This document shows, piece by piece, positions 6,877-14,590 of a stretch of DNA of 22,312 nt. The position numbers and the translations under genes are program-made. The notes beneath the pieces are model-generated. The model searched no databases and had not been told where the DNA came from. It saw only the letters and a list, made by a program, of their open reading frames with translations. Source of the stretch: Fibrobacterales bacterium (GTDB lineage: Bacteria; Fibrobacterota; Fibrobacteria; Fibrobacterales; JAOPTW01); assembly GCA_051532055.1 (NCBI GenBank), contig JAOPTX010000051.1, positions 1-22,312 of the forward strand, in the 5' to 3' direction. The number at the start of each line of letters is the position of its first letter. The first letter of the stretch is position 1.

Positions 6877-9414
6877 ATGACAGAACAAATAGTATGGGTA
6901 TTGATAGGGGGTTTGGTGATAGGAGCGATAATCCTTATTAATACTTTGAGGCGACTGAAAAGATTATCTAAAAAAAATCAGTCTCTTGAAACTATCATTG
7001 GCAATGCGCAGGTTGGGTATTGGAAGTGGGTTATTCCTACCGACACCTTTGATATGAGTGATGCCTTAAAAAATATGTGCGGTTTTACTCAGGCTGGTGT
7101 CCCTCAATCTTTTGAAGAGTTTAAAAAACATGTACATATTGATGATATTGGTTTTTTGGAACAGGCATTTTTTACAAGCCAAAATGGAATGCCTGTTGGT
7201 GCTGTGGAGTATCGATTCGATAACCCTGTTGAAGGGATGGTGTGGTATGAATCTCATATTTCATTGTTTAAAAATTCATTTGGCGAAGACGTTTTAACGG
7301 CAACAGTACGTGATATTTCAGTGCCTAAAAGGATGCAAGGAGAAATTCAAAAGTTTATGGCTCTTGCAGATTTTGCAAATTATGGCGTTGCTATAATTAG
7401 TGCGGATTTAAAAATTGAGTATATCAATACCTACTACTCATCTATTTGTGGGTATAATGATTACGAACTTATAGGACAGTCGTTTATACCATTTTTGTCA
7501 GTGAGTAAAAAGAAGGTTGACCTTTTTAAACAAGAGATGATTGACAATGGGGGATTTATTGCACGGGAAGTGACCTATAAAAATAATGGTCGACCTAATG
7601 TGGTACTCATGCAAAATGCTATTGTGTTAAAGAATAGTACGAGTGCATCTCATCGCATTGCGATCTCTGCGACAGATATAACCCATCTGAAAGAGGTGGA
7701 GAAAGAAAAAACAGCTGCATTATTCGAAATGCAGATAGCTAAGTTTAATCTTGAAAAATCGGTGAAAGATGCTGAGCTCTTGAAGGATATGGCAGAAGAG
7801 GCGAGTAAGGCAAAAAGTTCATTTTTGGCAAATATGTCTCATGAAATTCGGACGCCAATGAATGGAATCATTGGTATGACTGGACTCGCACTACAAACAG
7901 AACTCAATAATGAACAGAAGAAGTATTTAACAACGGTAAAATCATCTGCTGATACGCTACTTGAATTACTCAATGATATTCTCGACTTTTCAAAAATTGA
8001 AGCACAACAGATAGACCTCGAGCAAAATGAGTTTGATCTTGATGAAGTTACAGAGCTTGTAGTACAGACTTTTGCATCCAAAGCTTATGATAGTGGTATT
8101 GATTTAGTACTTGATATTGCACCCGATGTACCCATTAAATTAGTAGGGGACTCATTACGACTTCGCCAAATAATATCGAATCTTGTAAGTAACGCAATTA
8201 AGTTCACTTCTGAAGGTCATATTCGACTTAAAATTAGAGTGAAGGATAAGAAACGTGAAAAAGTGACGATAATAATTTCAGTTGTTGATACTGGTATTGG
8301 AATACCTAAAGATAAGTTAGATCATATCTTTGAAGAATTTACTCAGGCTGATTCGAGTACGTCTCGAAATTATGGTGGTACGGGCCTTGGCCTTGCAATA
8401 TCAAAAAAACTGAGTAGTATGATGGGTGGCTCAATGTGGGTCGAAAGTGAAGTGGGTGAAGGGAGCTCATTTAATTTTACCATTCGGGTTGAGGCTTCAA
8501 AGGATGAAACAGAAGATTTGAAATCCGATAAGGTTGATCCAAGTATATTGAAGGTTTTGATTGTAGAAAATGTGGCGATTATTTCAAAAGTGATGCAGTC
8601 GATAATTACTAATTGGGGTTTTGAAGTAGAGACCGTTGATAGCTATGAGGCGGCTTGTGAAGCAATGAAGAAGAACTCTTATGAAATAGCTTTGACTGAG
8701 GTTAACATAGGGGCGTTTTCAGGTGCGGACCTCTTCGAGCAGTTTAAAAAAGATGATGTACGAATTCCCGATAAAACAATTGCGATTATTGGTCTTGGTA
8801 ATGTCGAGGAATCTAAGAGTTATCCTCAATTTGGTATAACTGAGAAAGTTCTAAAACCGGTTGTTAAAAGTGACTTGAAAGATGCATTTATTCGATTACT
8901 CGGTCTTGAAGATGCGCGTAAAAAAGAGATTGAAACGGGTGATAAAGAGAGGCAGTATCCTCCACGATCAATTTTGCTGGTAGAAGATAATTCGGTCAAT
9001 CTTGAGTTGGCTCGGATTATTCTTCTCGGTAAAGGGCATAGTGTGGTTACCGCTGTTAATGGGCGAATTGCCTTAGAGGAGCTCGCTGATCACACTTTTG
9101 ATGTAGTGCTGATGGATGTTCAGATGCCTGAAATGGATGGGTTCACTGCGACGAGAAACCTGAGGGCGTGTCAAAGTGGGGCATATGATCAGTTGGATGG
9201 AATCGATACTACTTTTGCAGAAAAACTGCATGCACAGATTGGAAATGTAGGAGTTCCAATAATTGCTATGACCGCACACGCAATGTCTGGTGATAAAGAA
9301 CGGTGCCTGGACGTTGGGATGGATGATTATGTGACTAAGCCAATTCAGCCAAAGAATGTGTTTGAAGCAATAGAGCGTGCAATCGCAGTAGTTTCTTCGG
9401 AATCAAAACCTTAA
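6877..9414 (+). CDS. Hybrid sensor histidine kinase (TM-PAS-PAS-HisKA-HATPase-pseudoREC-REC)
   Basis: H box FLANMSHEIRTPMNG, N box NLVSNAIKFT, G1 DTGIG, F box, G2 GGTGLGL; C-terminal REC VLMDVQMPEMDG...TKP; two PAS/PAC-like segments. Confidence 0.96.
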   Translation: MTEQIVWVLIGGLVIGAIILINTLRRLKRLSKKNQSLETIIGNAQVGYWKWVIPTDTFDMSDALKNMCGFTQAGVPQSFEEFKKHVHIDDIGFLEQAFFTSQNGMPVGAVEYRFDNPVEGMVWYESHISLFKNSFGEDVLTATVRDISVPKRMQGEIQKFMALADFANYGVAIISADLKIEYINTYYSSICGYNDYELIGQSFIPFLSVSKKKVDLFKQEMIDNGGFIAREVTYKNNGRPNVVLMQNAIVLKNSTSASHRIAISATDITHLKEVEKEKTAALFEMQIAKFNLEKSVKDAELLKDMAEEASKAKSSFLANMSHEIRTPMNGIIGMTGLALQTELNNEQKKYLTTVKSSADTLLELLNDILDFSKIEAQQIDLEQNEFDLDEVTELVVQTFASKAYDSGIDLVLDIAPDVPIKLVGDSLRLRQIISNLVSNAIKFTSEGHIRLKIRVKDKKREKVTIIISVVDTGIGIPKDKLDHIFEEFTQADSSTSRNYGGTGLGLAISKKLSSMMGGSMWVESEVGEGSSFNFTIRVEASKDETEDLKSDKVDPSILKVLIVENVAIISKVMQSIITNWGFEVETVDSYEAACEAMKKNSYEIALTEVNIGAFSGADLFEQFKKDDVRIPDKTIAIIGLGNVEESKSYPQFGITEKVLKPVVKSDLKDAFIRLLGLEDARKKEIETGDKERQYPPRSILLVEDNSVNLELARIILLGKGHSVVTAVNGRIALEELADHTFDVVLMDVQMPEMDGFTATRNLRACQSGAYDQLDGIDTTFAEKLHAQIGNVGVPIIAMTAHAMSGDKERCLDVGMDDYVTKPIQPKNVFEAIERAIAVVSSESKP

Positions 9415-9523
9415 TCGGGTATTCAATTACTTTTTAGTGTGATTTTCTTTTTAACTGGCGCTGAGATGTGTATTTGCGTTATAATAGATACTTGAGAGGG
9501 TATTGTATAGAGGCGGAATTTCT

Positions 9524-9934
9524 ATGAGAACACTAATTGTTGATGATGATAAAATGTGTGGCTCTGTTGCACAATCAATTATGAAAAAATATGGTGAAGT
9601 CGACTTAGCACTATCTGGGTACGATGCAATTGCTCTTTTTGAAGCTTCGTTTACGGCGCTCCCCTATTCGGTAGTTATTCTTGATATTATGATGCCTGAG
9701 ATAGACGGACAACAAGTATTGAAAAAAATTCGTGAGTTAGAGTATAGTCATGGGGTATTCAAGAGTAATCGAGTCAAAGTTATCATGCTATCGGGGATTG
9801 AAGATAAACGCACAATTTTGAATGCCTTTCAAGGGGGCTGCGAAGCCTACCTTACCAAACCGTTAGTGGCTAAAGTACTTGAAGAGACCGTAAAAGAGGT
9901 TCTTGGAGCGCCATCGTTGCCCCAAGCTCAGTAG
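9524..9934 (+). CDS. Single-domain response regulator (CheY-like)
   Basis: LIVDDD, ILDIMMPEIDG, IMLS, YLTKP; ATG 9524 follows GAGGCGG; TATAAT at 9480-9485 upstream. Confidence 0.94.
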   Translation: MRTLIVDDDKMCGSVAQSIMKKYGEVDLALSGYDAIALFEASFTALPYSVVILDIMMPEIDGQQVLKKIRELEYSHGVFKSNRVKVIMLSGIEDKRTILNAFQGGCEAYLTKPLVAKVLEETVKEVLGAPSLPQAQ

Positions 9935-9937
9935 TTA

Positions 9938-11101
9938 TTAGTGGCCCTTAGACTTAAGAAGTTGGACAATTTCTGTGTGTCCCATTTCATCGGCGATTTC
10001 TTCACAATTGTTACCATCATTATCTGATATTGACGGGTTTGCTCCAGAGGCAAGAAGCTTTTTGGCTATGGCTGGTGAACCATTCATACAGGCGAACTGT
10101 AGTGCTGTTTTACCAGTGTTATCTTGTAAATTGATATCTGGCTTTTTGGTGAGTATTTGGGTTACTAGGCTCATAAAAGAGTGAGCGCTACTGAGCATGA
10201 GAGGAGTCCATCCTTCTGAGTCTTGGATGTTAATATCTGCACCGTTTTCTACGAGTAAGGCACTAAAGCGTCGGTGTTGCCCGTTAATGGCAATAGTGAG
10301 TGGGTATTTATCATAGTGATTTGGTTTGTTGAGGTTGGCTTGTTTGGCAATCAGGATATTTAGGAGGGGGATATTGCCTGTTTTTGCAGCAAGGGTGAGT
10401 GGTGTCTCACCTGATTGTGAAGTAATATTAACGGTTGGCACTGGCTTGAGTAGTTTCTTGATGAGCGGTATGGAACCTTTTTTCAGGTAATTAAACCAGT
10501 AGTGTGTCTCGGACATAGGGTCAACCTGGGCGCCATATTTAAGGAGTAGTTCAATTTGTGCATTATTCTTATTGATAAGCGCCCAATCAAGAGATGAACG
10601 TCCTGTATTGTCTTTCTGTTGAATTCCAGCGGTGTCACGTGATAATATATTGGCTGCTAGAATATTACGGTTTTCTATGAGAGTATGCATAAGAGGTGTC
10701 GTGCCACTTTTATCGAAATCGGAAAGGGAAATATTGTGGTCTATCAGTGCTTTTGCTGAAGGGTAGTGTTCGCGGATAAGGGCAAAAAGAAGGGGAGGAA
10801 TGCCTCTGTAGCGAGCAGAAACATTAACGCCTGCCTGCGCAAGAGCGGCAACAATTTTTGGCTGCTCATTTTGGATGGCCCAAATGAGTGGGGTTCTCCC
10901 TTTGTAAGTGAGGTTGTTAATTTGAGGGTGCTTTTTAATGTATTCAAGTGCTTCAGTAGTTTTCCCTTTTTTTGTCAGAATATAGAGTTTATAGCGCTCT
11001 TTGATCTCTGAATGAGAGTTCTCAGCAAATAATGGTTGCGACATAAGAAGGAGAAATAGTATACTCAATACGAGAACAGGGAGTTTGATAGTAGTATTCA
11101 T
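9938..11101 (-). CDS. Exported ankyrin-repeat protein
   Basis: Signal peptide ending PLFA; about 9 repeats of G.TPL..A type (GRTPLIWA, GTTPLMHT, GETPLTLA, GWTPLMLS, GKTALQFA). Confidence 0.93.
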   Translation of the reverse strand: MNTTIKLPVLVLSILFLLLMSQPLFAENSHSEIKERYKLYILTKKGKTTEALEYIKKHPQINNLTYKGRTPLIWAIQNEQPKIVAALAQAGVNVSARYRGIPPLLFALIREHYPSAKALIDHNISLSDFDKSGTTPLMHTLIENRNILAANILSRDTAGIQQKDNTGRSSLDWALINKNNAQIELLLKYGAQVDPMSETHYWFNYLKKGSIPLIKKLLKPVPTVNITSQSGETPLTLAAKTGNIPLLNILIAKQANLNKPNHYDKYPLTIAINGQHRRFSALLVENGADINIQDSEGWTPLMLSSAHSFMSLVTQILTKKPDINLQDNTGKTALQFACMNGSPAIAKKLLASGANPSISDNDGNNCEEIADEMGHTEIVQLLKSKGH

Positions 11102-11165
11102 AGAAGTAGCCCAATTTTTTTTACAAAGATAGATAATAATAAATTATCAGCGAGTGTGGACCAGG

Positions 11166-11867
11166 ATGATTCAAAATACTCTTAAATTCAATAAAGGCGA
11201 CTATATATATAGGACCGGAGATGAGAGTGATTTCCTCTATATTCTAAAAGAAGGTCTTGTACATGTGTTTAGAAGTGATGGCAAGCATGAAATCGACTTT
11301 GGAAAAATTGGGGTTGGTGGAGTAGTTGGGGAATCGGTATTAGCAGATATGACCCAAAGACAAACCTCTGTGTTAGTTATTCAAGATGTCGTTGCCCTTG
11401 TGCTTTCTAAAGAAGAATTTAAGATGGCTATTGAGGAGTTTGAACCCTGGGTCTTTGCCTTAACTCGAACATTGATTTCAAGACATGAGCGGGTGATCGA
11501 ACGGGTAGAGAGGACCCTTGATGATTATATTGATGCAAGTGTAGCGCAACTCCTCTGTTATTATTCAAAAAGTGATGCCGACCTGTATGTCCCCAAAATT
11601 ACTGCACAAATAGCTATGTTACTTCGGTCATCTGAAGAGCAGGTAGAACAATCTCTTAGCCTGCTTTCAAAGTTTGGTTTTATAAAAATAAATGATAAAA
11701 CAGTCTATATTTCAGAAAGTGAGCGATTCATCACTGCAACAAATGAGCTCCGTATTATGACTTTGGAGGCTGAGAGTTATGTGAAGGACTTTCAGGGTGA
11801 AGAGGGGGCTGATAGTTTGGAAGATGAGATTGTAGAGCCAGCTCATGAGGTGAATGCGGATTCTTAA
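11166..11867 (+). CDS. Crp/Fnr-family cyclic-nucleotide-binding protein with a C-terminal winged-helix-like region
   Basis: FNKGDYIYRTGD..DFLYILKEG.V, VGE...R.TSV cNMP-binding motifs; QIAMLLRSSEEQVEQSLSLLSKFGFI HTH-like; start is either 11154 (GTG) or 11166 (ATG). Confidence 0.85.
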   Translation: MIQNTLKFNKGDYIYRTGDESDFLYILKEGLVHVFRSDGKHEIDFGKIGVGGVVGESVLADMTQRQTSVLVIQDVVALVLSKEEFKMAIEEFEPWVFALTRTLISRHERVIERVERTLDDYIDASVAQLLCYYSKSDADLYVPKITAQIAMLLRSSEEQVEQSLSLLSKFGFIKINDKTVYISESERFITATNELRIMTLEAESYVKDFQGEEGADSLEDEIVEPAHEVNADS

Positions 11868-11888
11868 GCCCGCTCATTCACGTTTTCG

Positions 11889-12821
11889 CTACTTTTTTTT
11901 AAGTTCACTTGGTAATGAAAACTTTACTTTCTCTTCCATGGTAACCCGTTCTGATATAGAATCAATTGTACAGTGTGATTTAAGGCTCTCTATAACCTGT
12001 TGCACAATATACTCAGGGGCACTTGCACCACTCGTGATGCCTATTTGTTTTTTACCATGAAACCAATCAAATTCAAGAGACGTTTCATCAGCAATAAGGT
12101 ATGAGTCAATGCCGAGCTTTTCACCAAGTTCTCTGAGTCTATTGGAATTTGAGCTGTTAGTTGCGCCTACAACAAGGAGAATGTCAATTTCTTGACAGAT
12201 CTCTTTTATAGCAGCTTGCCTATTAGTTGTCGCATAGCAGAGGTCACCACTTTCGGGGCCTTGGATTTGTGGATAGCGTTTTTTGAGTGCAGTAATAATG
12301 TCAATAGACTCATCAACTGAAAGGGTGGTTTGTGTGGTGTAGGCTAATGGTTGGTCTTGGGTGAAAGAGAGGGTAGAAACATCTGCAACAGAACCAACGA
12401 TAGTGACTTCGCCTTCAGGGAGTTGGCCGGTAGTACCAACAACTTCGGGGTGCCCTGAGTGTCCGATCAATATGATTGTGACATCTTTGCTGTGATGGCG
12501 TACTACAGATTTGTGTACTTTTTTAACGAGGGGGCATGCGGCGTCAAGGATTCTGAGATTGCGCTTTTCTGCATCGTTGTATACAGAGGTGGCTGTACCG
12601 TGCGCTGAGAAAATGACAGTACTGTTTTCTGGTACCTCGCTGACCTCTTCTACAAATATTGCCCCGAGACCTTTAAGGCGATCTACAACGCTTTTATTGT
12701 GGACTATCTCATGACGTACATAGATTGGTGTGTTATAGACTGCAATGGCTTCTTCAACAATTTGAATTGCGCGATCAACTCCTGCACAAAAGCCTCGAGG
12801 TTTTGATAAAATTATATCCAT
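11889..12821 (-). CDS. ispH: 4-hydroxy-3-methylbut-2-enyl diphosphate reductase
   Basis: PRGFCAGVDRAI, HEIVHN, FSAHG, DAACPLVKKVH, HPEV, QTTLS, CYATTNRQ, SSNSNRL, GASAP; all three Fe-S cysteines present. Confidence 0.99.
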   Translation of the reverse strand: MDIILSKPRGFCAGVDRAIQIVEEAIAVYNTPIYVRHEIVHNKSVVDRLKGLGAIFVEEVSEVPENSTVIFSAHGTATSVYNDAEKRNLRILDAACPLVKKVHKSVVRHHSKDVTIILIGHSGHPEVVGTTGQLPEGEVTIVGSVADVSTLSFTQDQPLAYTTQTTLSVDESIDIITALKKRYPQIQGPESGDLCYATTNRQAAIKEICQEIDILLVVGATNSSNSNRLRELGEKLGIDSYLIADETSLEFDWFHGKKQIGITSGASAPEYIVQQVIESLKSHCTIDSISERVTMEEKVKFSLPSELKKK

Positions 12822-12823
12822 GG

Positions 12824-14020
12824 TCAATCCATCGGTGAAATGAGTGGTGTCACTACCTGTGTAAGGAGCTCACGCATTCGTTCTGTTTTTTCAAAATATA
12901 CATTTGATAGTTCATTTATTGCATTGGATGAGCTATCAAAGTCCAGGTTTGTAGGTTTATTTGGGTTTAATATGGTGATGAGCTTGTGATTAATTAGTTC
13001 TTTAATAAGGGCTTCCTGAAGTTCATAAAAAGGGCCACAGAAAAGAGTGCATCCTTTGCCTAAAGGCTCCCAGATATTGTGGATACCAATAGGTGAAAAG
13101 CTTCCTCCAATAACAGCTCTATTACAGCAATCCAACACCTGGTTCATGGCCCCAAAGGTTTCAACTAAAATGACAGGGTTTGTGGAGTCTGGAAAGAGGC
13201 TAAAAGTACCAAACATTTTCTGGAGTTCTTTTTTCCAGTCAGATACTTCAGAGAGGGTTCGGGGTATAATATAGAGGGGGGCAGAAGTGAGAATGACTGA
13301 TTTGATGAATTGTGGCCATTCCGAAATATGGAAAGAACAAAGAGCAATGCCGGTTTTTGTTTTATTTGACAGTACGCTATTTTCCGGGGGAGTGAACGAC
13401 AGTGTTTTGAGATCAGTCCCTATATGTACATTGTGGTGTATAAGGGAGTAGCGGCTAGCGTGTATGGCATCCTGTGCAATAATTGAGTTGATTGGTTGAA
13501 AATATTGATTGGCTATATGAGGAAATATTTTGTGAAGAGACTGTAGCTTTGTTGATACCTTTTTACGCATGGCGGCGGAAACAAGATGGATCGCGCTCTG
13601 TTGAAAGGTGTGGAGGATGTGGGGCCAATATTCTGCTTCGTAAAGAAAAATGAGAGAAGGTTCGCATCTTTTTTTAAATGTGGATAATGCGAGAGGGGTA
13701 TCGAGGGGGGCGATAGCACAAAATGTTTGAGGAGGGAGCGAAGCTTGTCTTAAGAAGAAGAGAGCGTGTTGAGACGTTGTAGTGATAAGGAGAGGGCTGT
13801 CTGATAATTTCCTGAGTTCTTCTGCGAGGTTAATTGCGCCTTTGGCCTCTCCAAGAGATGCAGCAACAATCCAGATAGGGGATTTGAGAAAAGGAAATAC
13901 AGGGGTGAGTCGTTCTTTGAGAAGATGCTTTTTGCCAAAGGGGCTCAGTTGGAGTAGCCAAGTAAGGCTATGTATCAGTAATCCACACAGTTGATACAGT
14001 GAGAATAACAGCGGGTACAT
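12824..14020 (-). CDS. waaA: 3-deoxy-D-manno-octulosonic acid (Kdo) transferase, divergent
   Basis: N-terminal TM; WIVAASLGE, LLITTTS, APLD, EAEYWP, AQD, ETFG.M, GGSF.PIGIHNIWEP motifs of WaaA/KdtA. Confidence 0.85.
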   Translation of the reverse strand: MYPLLFSLYQLCGLLIHSLTWLLQLSPFGKKHLLKERLTPVFPFLKSPIWIVAASLGEAKGAINLAEELRKLSDSPLLITTTSQHALFFLRQASLPPQTFCAIAPLDTPLALSTFKKRCEPSLIFLYEAEYWPHILHTFQQSAIHLVSAAMRKKVSTKLQSLHKIFPHIANQYFQPINSIIAQDAIHASRYSLIHHNVHIGTDLKTLSFTPPENSVLSNKTKTGIALCSFHISEWPQFIKSVILTSAPLYIIPRTLSEVSDWKKELQKMFGTFSLFPDSTNPVILVETFGAMNQVLDCCNRAVIGGSFSPIGIHNIWEPLGKGCTLFCGPFYELQEALIKELINHKLITILNPNKPTNLDFDSSSNAINELSNVYFEKTERMRELLTQVVTPLISPMD

Positions 14021-14589
14021 TAGGGGGTTTCAAATATGAGTCGATCAATAGTTTTAGTAAGAGATTGACCAAGCTTTTTGAGGATATCTTTGTGGATTTT
14101 CACATGTTCAACCGCAGAGAGATTCGCTTGGGTGCAGGTGAAAATACCGCAGTACCCGGTGCTAATAATTGTCTCTTCTGTAAGAGTACCACTAAAGAGT
14201 GTACTGTCAGCGGCAGTCGTTACAAGGAGTTCTGCTGACTGGAAATAGTGTTGTTCGCCGGTAACCCACAATATTTGTCGTTGCTTGTTTACCGAGAGAG
14301 GAGCAAGAATTATGGTGATTGCTGCATCAATGGGTTGTTGCGTATTAAAATGTGCAACTATTTTTGACAAGTCTTTGCCGGGTTCTAAATTTTCAGTGGA
14401 GGCAAAGAGGTTAACTTCTTTGGGTGGTATTAGGGAAATAGATTGATTGTTTGAAAGGCTTGTAGTGACAGTTGTTAAAAGGTGAGAGCCTAGTTCTGGG
14501 TCATTCTCCGTGTTGATACTCAGGAGCAGTACTCTATTTGGAGCTGCGAAGAGAAGCGATGCACATAAAAGAGGGAGTAGGTATTTCAC
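14020..14589 (-). CDS. Exported hypothetical protein (possible TolB-N/CsgG-like alpha/beta fold)
   Basis: Signal peptide KYLLPLLCASLLFA; GTG 14589 one base after the mutL stop; TAATG overlap with waaA; fold guess is weak. Confidence 0.7.
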   Translation of the reverse strand: MKYLLPLLCASLLFAAPNRVLLLSINTENDPELGSHLLTTVTTSLSNNQSISLIPPKEVNLFASTENLEPGKDLSKIVAHFNTQQPIDAAITIILAPLSVNKQRQILWVTGEQHYFQSAELLVTTAADSTLFSGTLTEETIISTGYCGIFTCTQANLSAVEHVKIHKDILKKLGQSLTKTIDRLIFETP

Positions 14590-14590
14590 G

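Noticed and set aside
11850..11881. GTGAATG...CATTCAC hairpin at the Crp-like / ispH junction as a terminator
   Set aside because: Imperfect stem overlapping coding sequence and a weak U-run; not called
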